DNA of 64,000 nt from Sphagnum compactum (lineage: Eukaryota): positions 21,752,213-21,816,212 of the forward strand of contig OZ234493.1 of assembly GCA_965153455.1 (NCBI GenBank), read 5' to 3'. The notes beneath the pieces are model-generated. The model had not been told where the DNA came from, ran no database searches, and was given only the letters and a program-made list of their open reading frames with translations. Below, one piece after another: positions 11,035 through 25,094 of the stretch (its first letter is position 1; every line of letters begins with the position of its first letter). The position numbers were made by a program, and so were the translations under genes.

Positions 11035-14000
11035 TATCATTTGGATTTTTAGGGTTATGCCTTATGATTTAATGTTTAGGAATTTGGTTCATATATATCA
11101 AGGCTTAAGGTATATATTCTAAATTTTTATCATTGTATTGGTTTTTTATTTTATCACTTGTTTAGATCTATAACATAATTATGAATCTCCTTATTTCCAT
11201 ATGTTCCATAGTTGTTAAAGTTCAATATTTCTTAACCCACTTATGTTTAAATGCAATACTCATATCACATTGTGATAATTCATTAACCATGAAACATTAA
11301 AAACAAATTTAATATTTAATTCCCTGCCAATACATCATGAAATTTATGTTTTCAAAATTATTTATTCACCTCATAGTATGATTTAACATATATAAAAATG
11401 AACATAATGCAAAATTGGTCACATTAATGATATAGGGGGTTAGGGTTTAATGTAAAATTTACTACTTAATGTTAAAATTACGATTTAGGTTTAAAGTTTA
11501 GGATATATAAATTAATTAACATTTTTTTTGCAAGTCTATAATAACTAAAATAAATCTAGGTTGCATTGGGCGAATTTTTAGGGCTTAAACATATGTAAAA
11601 TAATACAATGTCATTTTATATTTTTTTAAAGAAAGTGAAAGAACTTAACTTGAAAATATTACTTTTTTTTGCGTTTCCTTAAATGTAATACCCATATTCA
11701 AGTTTGTTTCGATATAACCCTTAGGTGATTTAGGTAACATGAGGTGTAGACCCAACCTTAAATGTAATACCCACATGTAGGGTCATTTCGAAATAATTAA
11801 TATGTAGTTTGGGTGGTCTTTCAATGAAAACCAAAGCTAGACCTATATGTAAGTACTACTAGACCTATATGCGAGTATTATAATGGATGTAAAAAAAAGC
11901 AGCAACTATTTACAAGAACTATATGCAAGTATTGCAATGGATGTAAAAAAAACTAACAACTAATTACGAACCTACATGTGGGTATTGCATAATTGAGATG
12001 GCCTTGTGGAAATTATAATAGAAAGGATGTAAGTATTGCACAATGTTCATTTTGATCTTTGTAAACGCTAAACAAATTGATGTTACATATTCATATGAGC
12101 CTATTTAAGTTTTGATACTTACATCTAAAGTACTAGGAAGACTATGAAAAAGAAGACATATATAATTAACCATATACTCATCAAACAAGTGTGAGTAGAA
12201 AAAAATATTATATTAATAAAAAATCTACAAATATGGGTGGATCAAAAAATGCTAAAGAACATAATGAAAAAAAGGTTTTTTATAATATATCAAAGGACCA
12301 AAGTTCAAAAATTAGGTAGTCCAAAAAATGAAAATGTTGAAAAACCTAACTGGCTATATAAATTGGAAACCCTAAACCATATCATTATTCTTGTGTTTAG
12401 CTCGGTAAGAAGCTGCTGCATGACGAGCAGTGTATAGATGGCAACATTACATCTCACCCTGAACTACAATTGCAACAAAAATTCTTCCTTTGTTGCGCCC
12501 TGAACCCTTTAAACACCCAAAAATCACCAAATTAAACCTTAACACCACCCACCACAATAAAAAACGATGGCACATTGTTGTCGTCTTCTTCTTTTCAAAG
12601 ACAGAAAAGACAAAACACACAAGAAAACAACCAAAAAAAAACCAAAAGAAGGGAGGGAACTTACCTTCAAGCTCCCACTCTTCCCTTTCACTTTTGGCTC
12701 CTACTTCTACCCTCTCTTTTGCACTTTCGTTTCAAATGTTTTCTCCTAGCATCTTCTTCTTCTCAAGTAAAAAAAAAAAAAAAAAAAAACACAAAGAAAA
12801 AAAAACCATAAAGAAGAAAAAATACACAGAGAAGGGAAGGAGCTTACCTTCAAGCTCCCGCTCTGCCCTTTCACTTTTGGCTCCCGGTTCTACCCTCCCA
12901 CTTTTGCACTTTCATTTCAAGCGCTTTCTCCTGGCATCTTCTTCTTCTCAAGCAAAAGAAAATAAAAACACAAAGAAAAAAAAAACCATAGAGAAGAAAA
13001 AAAATGCAAAGAAGGGAGGGAACTTACCTTCAAGCTCCCACTCTGCCCTCTCCTGCTTCTGCCCTCTTGCTTGTGCCCATTCGTTTCAAGCACTTTTTTT
13101 TGGCATCTTCTTCTTCTCAAACAGAAGAAAAAAAAAACACAAAGAAAAAAAACCATAGAGGAGAAAAAAAAATGCAGAGAAAGGAGGGAGCTTACCTATC
13201 TTTTCTCACTTCTGCATTTGGGATGAAGTGCTCCTCTTGCTTTCTCCTCTCCACATTCCTTCAATGTTGAGCTCTCCACCTTCTTCAAGCCTTGTGTCTA
13301 TGTCTCCTCGAAGCTCTGTGCTACTCAAGCTCGGGAGCTCTCTCGAGCTTTGGAGATGGAGTGAATGGGAATTGTGCTATTCAAGCTCGGGAGTTTTCCC
13401 GAGCTTTGGAGATGGAGTGAACAGGAAATGAGATGAAGGAGGTAGGAGGGGGGAGGTAGGTAGGAGGGGGGGGGAGTAGGTAGGAGGGGGAAATTTTGGG
13501 GCTGAAAAGGGAGCTGAAAACTCCCTAGGGAGGGGAAAAGGATGTGTTTTTGGTTCATCCCCAAAATGGCTTGAACGGCTTCATCCTGAACTAGTGCATT
13601 GGTCGCTGCTGCTTCATTCCAGCCCAATTCCTCCCATCTTCGGTAATAGTACACTCTACATTTTGTTGACTTGTGCGCCCAGTATGGAGCTCTTTGACAG
13701 AAATATTGCTTTAAACCTGCAGGGCCAGAGTTACCTAGCCCCTATGACTACACTAGTTCCGTTTGGGATGAACTCAAGTTCATCCCAATTATTGGATCTC
13801 CTATAGGCATTGAGGTTGGGTCACTTTTTCTTTTCTTTTTTTTCCTTCCTTACTTCAAGGCTACCCATAAAAAAAAACTTATTTGGTTGCCCAAGCATTT
13901 CAAACCCCAACTACCTACCTGACTTTGCATTTACTTACCTCCACCCCGTCAAAACCCTAAACCTCATCACCACGAAAACCTTGTCGTTGTAGTTGTAGGA

Positions 14001-17000
14001 GGAGAGGAACATTGTTGTAGCCAGAACTTGAGCGTAGCCAAAAGAGGAGCCAGAACTTGAGCGTGAATGTAGTCATTGTTTCAAGGAAAGGTCATTGTTG
14101 TAATTTGGTTTTCGAGCAAATGCGCCATTAAATGATTAAGAACCAAGTGCTACTACAACATAACAACTTAATATTGCTGCAATATCGGAGTGCAACGAAG
14201 CGTTGCTACAAAATCAAAGTGCAATGAAGATGGTGCGGCAAAAGACAGTGCTGAAGTAATGTTGCAAAAAGTGATGTTGAAGACAATGCGACACAAGACG
14301 TTGTTGAAACACTACTATAGAAAATGTTGCTAAAGTGTTGTTGTAGAAGATGCTACCCTAGAAGACAACTTGTGCATTTGTGGCAAGTAAGTGTACATCA
14401 ACCCTTTTTTTTGGTCCATGTCCCCTTGTAGAAAAAATGATTATGAGCGTTACGTTCAATGTAACGTTTTGGTCTTTTTATGAAACCAGGGCAAAAGACA
14501 ACGAGAAATGCAACATTTGTTGTCGTCTTCTGGTTTTCTTAGAAACTAGGGCAAAATATAAAGACAAGTGCACTTCATCGTCATCTTCTACTTTTTTTTC
14601 TTGCATTATAGAAGATGACGATGAGTCGGAAGGTTCGTCATCATCTTTTCCTAGTTTATTTTGGGTTGTAAAAGATGACAACGAGCCTCATGGCTCATCG
14701 TCATCTCTTGGTTTTTTTCCTTGTTGTGTTATAGTAGTATATTTGGAGTAGTATTTTGGAGTTTGAATTAAGGCATTTGATCCAAGGAGGCATTCCTCTA
14801 AATTCATAATTAGTGCATAATTTTTTATGTAACAATAAGAAAATAAAATAACAATGGTCTCATTGGTAGATAATTTGTGAATGCCAAATGTCTTCTGTAA
14901 GAAATCAAGGAAGTGGGAAGTAAGAAAGGACGTTAGAAATGAAAACACTCTAAAAATGTGATCCATGAGGATATAGTTTGGTAGCTTATTATAATGATGT
15001 TCCTTTAGTCTAGACGCCACTGTTGCCTGCTTTTGGATTGGAGTTGGAAGGAAGGACCACCCCCTTGTATGTATGTGTGTGGGCATTGAGGAGGAGCCAA
15101 CCAAGTGTTCTATATTTACAAAAGATGATGACGAGCCTCCCGACTTGTCTTTTGTGTTTTTTTCTTCAATTGTAGAAGACAACAACAAGCTAAAAGGCTC
15201 ATCGTCATCTTGTGGTTTTTTTTGGATTGCAAAAAATGATGACAAGCCTCCCGACTCATTGTCGTCTTATGGGTTTTTTTCTTAGGTTAAAGAAGACAAC
15301 AACAAGCCTCCCAACTCATCATCTTGTGGTTTTTTTCCTTGGGTTGCAGAAGATGACAAGAAATTACAAAGTTCGAATCGACTTGTTTTTCTTGAGTTGC
15401 ACAAGATGACCACGAGCCTCTTGACTCATCATCGTCTTGCTAATTTTTCTTGAGTTGCAAAAAACGACAATGAACCGGGAGCTCATTGTCATCTTATGGT
15501 TTTTTTTTTAAAAATTATAAAAGATAACAACGAGCCTTTTGACTCATTGTCATCTTGTGGTTTTTTTTCTTTAAGTGCAAAAGACAACAACAAGCTAGGA
15601 AGCTCGTCATCATCTTATGCTTATTTTTTTGAGTTGCACAAGATGGCAACAAGCCTCTCCGTTCATCATCATCTTGTGTTGTTTTTTCTTGGGTTGCAGA
15701 AGACGATGATGAGCCGAAAAGCTCGTCATTGTCTACTGCATTTTTTTCGTTTTTGTACACAAAGGCACCACATGTCATGCCCAAGAATTAATGTAATTAT
15801 TAATAGATTTGTAATTATAAAAATAATAATCTAAATAAATTAAAATAAATAATTAGTCAATAGAACAAAATAATTATAATAAATATAAATGTATTAAGTT
15901 AGTTTTATGATTATTATATTAGTTAAATTGAATTATAATGAAAAATATAAATATGATAATCTAATTTTATACTTAGATTATATTAATTAATTTTAATCAA
16001 AAATAAAACTTTCAAAATACAAGGCCTTTAAGATTTTAAATATAATGAACAATATTTATTATTACTAGTAGTAGGAACATTAATTTTGTAATTCTTCTTG
16101 CTGCAAGTTGTTTTTGTATAAAAAAGTTGTAGCAAGTTGGAAAAAGTAAGTTATTATCCATTTATATGTTTTTTGTAATTTTTTGTTTACGAGAGCTTGA
16201 AGTTCCTTAGCGGTGGTGGCCATCACCATTGTTGGGAAGATTCAAGTTTTTTTTTTTTTTTTCGATCAATTGTTGATTAAGGATTTGAGTGCTTTTGTTG
16301 TAGGATGGCATGTCCCTTAAAGAAACTTAATCGCCAAGGAAAGGTGACGAAATGTTGTAACAAATGAGGAGGAAAGAGAAGTGAAATAAAGACTTATCAT
16401 CTATACTCCTACTTTTGATGGTAAACCCTAAACCCACTCCTATTCTTCAAAATAATTTGGTTGTGATGGACCATATGTTTCACATGATAAGGTTTAAAAG
16501 AGTGTAATGCAACACATTGTGAATAAAAAATCCCAATCCAAACCATAAACCCCATTTTCATTCTTTATTTGAGAATAGGGATCGGGTTTTTTTTTTGCCC
16601 AATTTTTTCCAAGCAATATCCTCATCATTTTAAGGGTTTAACTACTAGCATATTTGTAATGCCCTCCTTGTATTTATGGTTTTTTTTGTTAGTTTGTAAT
16701 ACCTTCATATTTTTAAAGTTTTTTTGTTGGTCTATTTGCAATACCTTCATATTTTGTGGGGTTTTCTTGCTGGTCTGTTTGCAATACCTTCATATTTTGT
16801 AAGGTTTTATTGTGGCATGTTTACAATACTTTCATCTTTCTTAAGGATTACTCGCTAGTTTGATTTTTAAAATGTTGTTCTTGTAGGGGCTTTAGTGGCT
16901 TCACATGAAAGTTAATCAAGTATAAATACCACCAAATCATGCAATGAAAGATGCAGATTAGGTTCATGAAGGGTCAAGGTGGAAGTGCAAGAGCAATGGA

Positions 17001-20000
17001 TGCATTGACACTTACGTGGCTAAATGGTTGATTCGTTGACATTTGGACAACAAAATAGGTTTTGCATGGAGGTAAGCAAATATGGTCGTCCTTCTACTCA
17101 TGTTGGGGACCAAGGCAACAAACTCACCATGTTATGAACGTTTGAATTTTGAACAACTGCATCCAAGGCAAAAGCGGAATTAAAAGAAGGCCCTTGATTA
17201 ATTGAAAAAGAAAGCGAAGTTAGAATGGGATGAACTCCAAGCCCAAGCGCAACAAATGGAATAGGTTAAGTGGCCTTTGTTGGTATGTTTAACCTCCAAC
17301 ATCTTGTTGGGCATCATTGGGATTCCCGCATGAAGGGTGGGGTTCATCCCATAAAGTGCATGGGCGCGCCTTGAGAAGGATGAAAACCTTGTTGACACAA
17401 TTCAAACAAGCAAAGTTACCTATGAAAAGCCTTTGAAAGTTGCATGGGGTGCTCGGAATTAGACATTGGAATCCAATAAGCGTAATTAAGCCAAAGAAAT
17501 GGATGCAATATCCAAGTATCACAATTCCAAAATCATTCATGGGTGGTATATTTCCATACTTATACTATTTTTTTGTTAACATTGTTTGCATCTTAACATT
17601 GGAATCTAATTTTTATTTTTATTTTTTTCGTGTTAGGCTTCGGGGCACAACAAAGGAAGCTTTTGTTGCATATGCAATTTGACTTGCACTTGAGCATCGT
17701 TAACTATTTACTCATCATCATGCAACAAAAGTTATAGAAACTACAACAAAGTATCACACCATTATGGGAATTCCTTCCAGTTCATCCTCCTTAGAAGAAT
17801 AATTATGGATATAACTTTAATGCACATACACACCATTTTTGTATCGAGCCATTATAGATTAAGTTACCATGATATATTTTTATCACCATCTTTTTTGTAA
17901 TGTGGTTACTTGAACATTTTTGTTTCAATCCACTTGTTTTAATTTTGATCTTTAATTTTGCGATTTGTAGATTTTGGGATCATCTTATGCCTTGTTGCAC
18001 ACAATACCCCCATCCACCACAAATGGATTACATTTATTATAAATCAAATGACCAATACCTTTATCTAATAGGGTTAACACATTATGTGGCCATGCTAGAG
18101 CATTTAAGCAATACTTTCATTATCCCTATCATGAATGCACACATACTAGCACAATAACCTTAAGGAAAAAATGTAATTTAAAATTTTTATATTATTACAT
18201 GCCCACTTTCATGAAAGGACCCCTTGATGCATAAACCGGTTTGTCTATGCGGGTATTGTAAACTTTTGATCTTTTCTTGTTTATGGTTGGGTTCTCCATA
18301 AAGCGTCTCAAATTATAATACTTGCATACTAACCAACTTGTGCTCAGGTTCCATTACCCCAATCTAAATTTTTGTCTAATATATGTTTCAAATAGATAAA
18401 AGGGACATTGGGTTTAAGGTTTAGGGAAATTAAGCCCACCTCTTTGTCATGAATTGTTTTAAGATAACCTTTTTCCTAACATTGATATTATTTTCATGGA
18501 ATATTTTGTAAGTGAATTTATGTATTCACACACACACATATATATAAGAAAATTCCTATTTTTCTTTTCTTTTTCATTAAAGTAAAGGAAAATGAAGGTG
18601 ACTCCATGGCAAAGGTATGAATGATAAAAAACCTTCCCACGGTTTGGGGTCTCCCCCCCAAAATCTAAAACACAAGTTTCTTTGGTACTAATATAAAATT
18701 GTTTCATAGTTTTATTACAATTATGTATCTAATTGATAGTCTATACACAATTTAGGGTTATGCAAAAATAATTTCAAAATTAGGTTTAACACTTAGTTCA
18801 AAACAAATTGTGTAAAACTTTGCAACCAATTCTTTTTGTGTTTATTTAATTTAGGGTCAATGTAGGAATTTTTTTTGCATACAAAGGTTTTAGCTCAACA
18901 TTTTACTGTTTATTGTATAGGTTTGTTTAATTTTTCAAATTAAAACCTATACATCCATTAGGTTGTAATGTGTACATAATTTATGGTTATGCAAAAAAAA
19001 AATACCAATATTATGTTTAAGTTTTTTTTTTGGTATGAAACTATTTATTTTTTTGGATGAGGGTTAAAATTTTCAATTTGTAATATCTACCCTATCACCT
19101 TATGTCAGATCTCAAATGCATGCCCCAACCCCAAATTGCAATACTTAGGTAAATGTATGTTATGTAACTACCCTTGATTTAATAATGCAAAAACTTGTTC
19201 CTTCATCATCTAATTAGCTATATAAGGTTATGTAAATATATATTGTTTACCAGATGCAATACCTACATCTAGTGTATCCAAAACAAAAGGAAATATCCAA
19301 AAGATACTTATTTTTAAAAAATTAAAGCAATTATCAATACCTTCATTTTTAGGTGTAAACATTGATTGTGGGCATGTCCCAATTTTTCCAAACCCTAATT
19401 TGTAATACCTACATTATTTGAAATCAGTGTTAAAATGATCATTAAAGCAATTTTGCCTTTGTTATTGTATTGTAAAACTACCAATCTACAAGCTTATCAC
19501 AATACTTACAGAAATATGTATTGTGTACTTTCACCAAAAGCCCCTTTTTAATTAATAAATATTTATTATGCAGGTATTGCAAAAATTTAATCCCTCAGCA
19601 TCTAAGGGGGATCTTGTCCACCAAATGCAATACTTACATTTAATGGACCGAATGTAATAAGAAATATCCAAACATTTGATATTTGATATTTATAAATAAA
19701 GCAAACCCATTAAAGCAAATCATCATTCTGCTGAGAAAAAGTAGGACAATACCCGCATTAAATGGTCAAATGCCCCACTAGAAGGAGTAGGGAATTCGCA
19801 ATACCTACATTTAACGTACTAACACATAATTAATACCCACGAAAGATATGAAATTATATGCAATATTTGTATTAATGCTCGTCAACCTTTAATTATGACA
19901 TACCCTAAACCTTGCAATACTTGCATGTAAGACCAATTCAATGCCACAAGAAACAAGATGGGTAAGCATTACTCACATATTGACTTGGAGATTATTGTAC

Positions 20001-20572
20001 AATTGACCTGTAATACCCACACTATATCGGGTGGTAGTTTAGTTGTACATGATGCAAGTATGCAATACCCACCTTTACATAATAATTGAGTGAAATATTC
20101 TTGTTTGGGAGTTTTAGAATACATGTGCTATATAACCTTAATAATGTAACTTCAACTTTCAAACCCTATATGTTCACTAATACAAAATCAATGCATTAAC
20201 ACATAAATGATTTATTCTTTGACACAATTGTAATATCATGCACATTTTAATAATGGACAATTAAAATGGGGGATAAGTACAAACAATTTTGTGTTGGTTT
20301 TTTTACTCATAAACCCTTTTCTTTTGGATATTTCCATGTTCTAATATTATCTCATGTCAATCCTTCATTTGATGTACTGAATTGCCAAGTCTATCATTGA
20401 CACAATCAAATACCATGTGTGGAAATGCATGATTGGAAAGGCAAATACTTCGTACATCTATTGCAATAGAACACAACAATGATGTGGTGTGGTCTGTGAG
20501 TTGAACCCCACCTTCTTTGACTTCATTGATGATTTTTTGCATTATGTCACCATTCAAACAAAAGTTTTCTCC
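11035..20572. mobile_element. Decayed ~9.5-kb element, copy 1 (putative Mutator-like; colinear with 46674-57787)
   Basis: Continuous colinear similarity to 46674-57787, with paralogous spurious ORFs (14380/51317, 14688/51577, 17289/54054, 18459/55699, 20357/57466). Internal degenerate tandem arrays at ~12600-13200 and ~14480-15740. Termini/TIRs not identified. Confidence 0.75.
16944..17265 (+). pseudogene. C2H2 zinc-finger ORF relic inside the large element (paralog 53714-54030)
   Basis: MKDAD*VHEGSRWKCKSNGCIDTYVAKWLIR*HLDNK. The paralog supplies HFDNNH, giving C-x4-C-x12-H-x4-H. A charged helical segment follows (KKKAKLEWDELQAQAQQME). Both copies have stops and indels. Confidence 0.6.
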
Positions 20573-22482
20573 GGAATTTCAAGGGGCAGGCAGGCAGAAG
20601 CCAAGGTTTTCACAATCGTGTGTGCGACCCAAAATTTAGAAGCCCAAGGTGCTGTGCACTCTGCTCTCAAAACAGGGATAGCCATTGCGTATGCCCACAA
20701 CCTTAAGGTACACGAGGGTTTCAAATACTTTACCGATCAACACAGGAGTCAGGCATCAGACTCAAAATTTTCAAAATAATAGAGTTATCCGTAAAGTCAT
20801 GCCCGGTTTGGCCTGAGTTACACCACTCATTTCATGCTTCATCCCCTCCTGGTTGTTGTCCATAAAATCATGATTATTAAATAAGGGTATGAAATACTGA
20901 GACTCAAGATTAAATGCACCAGGTTAGAGAACATTTATAGCTACAGTACACATAGCAGCAGTGATTGGTTGAAAGCGTTCAAGAAAAGAAAGGACAGGGC
21001 AAATTCAGTTTAGCACCATATTTGCTGCTAAACTGAATTTCATGCCCTGTTGAAGCCCAGTGTACTTTTTTTTGGTGTTTTTTGAAATCTCGTCCCCTAT
21101 GTGACCAAACAGGACCAAACAGGGGGTTCCAGTGCCGTCTTTGCCTGACTTTACGGATGACTTTATTGGCAAGGATTTTACAGGGCCTTGGACCTATTCC
21201 AGAAACAACTACCTGGAAGCAACTCAATGCAATTAAGAACTCGTTTTCTTGTGACTTTAATAAAACCGCCACGCGCGACCTTGTTCCCCAGCTTTTACCG
21301 ATGACTGCTGGCTTTGCAAAGGACACTTTCAGGACTCCACAACTGACAGGACTACCATGGAGTCGACTGCTGGCTTTACGAAGGACATTTCAGGGCTCCA
21401 CAAATGACAGCACGACCATAGAGTCGACTGCTGGCTTTACAAAGGACATGTCAGGACACCACAAATGACAGCACGACAATGGATGGCTCACGTTCGTATG
21501 GCAAAACCTTATAATCTCCGGACAAGTTTTTAAAAGACCCAAAAGATTGCACCACAAGAATTTCTTGGCAAACGTTCACTTACTAAGCAGCTTCTGTAGG
21601 CAATTATGATGAACGTTGGGGAACAAACACACTCTTACCAGGCAACAAACACACTCTTACCAGGCAGTTTCTGCAAGGTTGCTTACCCTACCAACCTCCC
21701 ACAATTTGGCAAACGTTCACTTACTAAGCAGCTTCTGTAGGCAATTATGATGAACGTTGGGGAACAAACACACTCTTACCAGGCAGTTTCTGCAAGGTTG
21801 CTTACCCTACCAACCTCCCACAATTTGGCAAACGTTTCACTTACTAAGCAGCTTCTGTAGGCAATTATGATGAACGTTGGGGAACAAACACACTCTTACC
21901 AGGCAGTTTCTGCAAGGTTGCTTACCTTACCAACCTCCCACAATTTGGCAAACGCCTCACTTACGAGGCAGGTTCTGTAGGCAATTACGATGAACGTTGG
22001 GGAACGGACAATGAGATAAGTGTAAAGTAAAGGTTGGCAAAGACACTCTTACCAGGCAGCCTCTGCAGGTTGCTTACCCTACCAACCTCCCACAATTTCA
22101 GCCCCATCGGTATGTTTTTCCTTAGCATGAATTAGGTGGGAATTTTAGGACATAAATCAATGCAAACTTTGAGGCAGTACTTCCTTCTTCTTTCTTTCTT
22201 TCTTTCTTTCCTTCGAAATTCCAATTTTGGAGCATCCTTTTTCCCCAATACAAAAGTTAAATTCAGCATCATTTCCAACTTGTCTTTTCTTGGGAATTTG
22301 TTGGCTCTGCCCAGGGGACCAGGCATACATCGTCTGAGGAGGTGGGATCACTTGCATATAGAAACTTGGAGTAGCTACCCTTGTAACAGGGGCTGCAAAT
22401 TCAAAATCAAGGAAATGTAAGTTTAGATTCAAAGAATGAGGAAATAGCTTTACTTCATTATACTACTGCAGGTGACATTCCA
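20573..22482 (+). repeat. Segmental duplicate of 62338-63905 (continues at 24904-24996 = 63909-64000)
   Basis: Colinear from GAATTTCAAGGGGCAG to GCAGGTGACATT. Paralogous ORFs 21082/62744 and 20489/62299. Confidence 0.9.
21565..22097. repeat. Minisatellite, ~119-bp unit, 4 copies
   Basis: TTGGCAAACG...CCAACCTCCCACAAT units start at 21565, 21706, 21825 and 21945. Confidence 0.9.
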
Positions 22483-24903
22483 TCTTATATATAAAGTGCC
22501 TTGTGCGTCCGTGCGTGCGTCGAGGTCCTGACAGTGGAGGTCCTGAAACCCAGATCCCAACTGCCCGTCCGTCGAGGTCCTGAAACCTGCCTGGCTCCTC
22601 TTTTCCGGGTTTTCGTGAAACCCGGCAGTTCTGTGCACGAAAACCCGGCGGTTCTGTGATTATGTGGATGAAATATTATACGTTTTTAGTTCCGTGCAAT
22701 GAGCTCAGAGTTCTGGATGGGTGGTTATGAGGATGAGATATCATTTCACGACTTTGCGGACAACGCCCAGGAGGGGATGAAGCATCAAATGAGGGGTGCA
22801 ACTCAGGCCCAACAACAGGGCATGAGTTTATGGATAACTCTGATAACATGGAAGGGTTGAGAGGGCTACCAGCCTCTTACATAAAGCACTGGTTCTCTTT
22901 TCCCTTTTATCTTTATCTACCGTATTCCAAATCTTTTTGTAGTCTTCCTATGTATGGGCGCCCTGCCACTACCAATCCTTTTCATGCAGATTTAAAAACG
23001 TTGCTCTCTTTTTACAAAGACAAAAGAGAAAAAGCCAATGCTTTACAGATCTAGAATCTGTATATGTCACTTGGATGATGTCATATACGCTGTCATGTAT
23101 TTCATCTCATCAATTGCTAAATAGCAACCCATGTGTAGAGGTATGGCACAACAAATCTTTTCATCTTTTTTCCAAAAAATCAGAAATTATGTGAACCTCG
23201 CTAGACGTGTCTGGTGGTCAGCAAGATTTACTTTAAAAATAAAATAAAATTTATCCATCTCAATTAAATTCATCGACAAATAACAAGAAATTGTCATTGA
23301 CTTTTGTATCCTTTTTAATTATTTTGTGTAAACATGTTTACCACATTTTTGCAATGTAAATAAAACCTGGAACTAATCATTTTGGCGCATATTTTGTGTA
23401 ACCTGTTTTTCTCAATGACCTATAACTGCCCAATATTGTATACCCCCACAACAAGCCCCCTTATTCATCGGAACATTATGATTGTGAATTGATGATTGGG
23501 ACTTGCTCATTAGTCCTTTTAGGTGGATGGATGTCATGGGTTGATAAAACATAGTGAAAATAAAAACAGATCCATACCCTCATCAAGATGATTTTGCACC
23601 TACTTTAATGGACCCTTTTGCCAATTTCTGGGGTAAAGTTTTTTGAAGTTTGAAAGTTTTGATCCTTTCAAGTTCCAATCGCAATATGTGGGGAAATACT
23701 TTGAAACTCAACACTAAGTAACATGATGGGTTGACTTGAGTGTGCCAATCAACATGTCTTTTGGTGCAAAATTTTGCCATTTGAAATGTGAACATTTGTG
23801 CTTTGGAATGAATCATAATAAGTTGCCAAGCTTTTTTAAAGTAATGGTGAGGAACAAAGTTAGGAATAAAAATTCTACTCTTAAACAACAAGATGAGGCA
23901 AAATTCTCTCATAAATGTGTATCCAAAATATTACTTAAAATAACACCATAATTTGTCCTATATCCTTTAGTGGGCTCCTGTGCCTGCAAGGCACGACACG
24001 GCACTGGGAAAAAACTGGGAGTCCAAAGGAGACCGCAAAGACCAGAACTCCTAATTGGACGGAATTACAAATATAATGATATTTCATCCACATAATCATC
24101 CATTCAGAACCCCTCAGTGGATAGAATTATATAAATACATAATATTTCATCCACATCATCGATCCATCCAGAACTCCTAATTAGATGGAACTCTAAATAC
24201 ATAATATTTTCACCTGCATAATCATCCATCCAGAACTCCTAATTGGACGGAATTACAAATACATGATATTTCATCCAAATAAATCACCATGCAAAACTTA
24301 TCATTAGAGTGGTCACAGACGGACGCAGAGAAAAGTGACTGGACGCAGGGAAAAGTGACGTATATAACTGGACGCAGACTGTCTGTGTGTCTAGGTCCTG
24401 AAACCCAGATCCCAACTGTCCGTCCGTCGAGGTCCTGAAACCCAGATCGGGACCCGCCTGTCCGTCCGTCTGATCGAGGTCCTGAAACCCAGATCCCAAA
24501 TTGTAAAAGTAAAATAACCACCCAAAAACCTGCCTGGCTCCTCTTTTCCGGGTTTTTGTGAAACCCGGCAGTTCTGTGCACGAAAACCCGGCAGTTCTGT
24601 GATTATGTGGATGAAATATTATACGTTTTTAGTTCCGTCCAATGAGCTCAGAGTTCTGGATGGGTGGTTATGAGGATGAGATATCATGTATTTGTAGTTC
24701 CGTCCTCCTGAGGGGTTCTGAATGGATGATTATGTGGATGAAATATCATTATATTTGTAATTCCGTCCAATTAGGAGTTCTGGATGGATGATTATGTGGA
24801 TGAAAATATCACGTATTTGTAATTCCGTCCAATTAGGCTTGGGTGCAACACAGCACAAAGAGACGACGAAGAGGCGAAGCGCCGTGTCGTGCCCTGGCTC
24901 CTC
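22483..24903 (+). mobile_element. Composite non-autonomous Helitron-like insertion (~2.4 kb)
   Basis: Absent from the paralog at ~63905, with no TSD. Starts A|TCTTATATATAAAG and shares the GTCGAGGTCCTGAAACCCAGATCCC sub-repeat with the 28580 Helitron. The 3' end lacks a clean CTRR, and boundaries are +/-2 bp. Confidence 0.7.
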
Positions 24904-25094
24904 TATATCTTAAGCATGCATGGGACACAAACTTCTAGTGTTGCTGCAACCATGAAGAATTAACAATCAAAGAAAACCAATAACTTGTGACATGCAATGT
25001 TTTTGACTGCTTGAAGTATTTTTGTTGATGTCGGATGAACAGCCAACAACTTAGCAACATCGGTCCAGAGTTGACAATTTTCAAAATATGGTTG

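Noticed and set aside
12490-13270. Lys-rich ORFs of up to 222 aa
   Set aside because: They arise from poly-A runs in degenerate repeats, and the frames are not conserved in the paralog at 49380-50110.
14380-15834. DDDEP/SSSS-rich ORFs on both strands
   Set aside because: These are translations of a degenerate GATGACGA..CTCATCGTCATC tandem array and are broken differently in the paralog.
20979-21468. 115-128-aa ORFs, and similar ones at 62744-63218
   Set aside because: No recognisable domain, and the paralogs differ by frameshifting indels.
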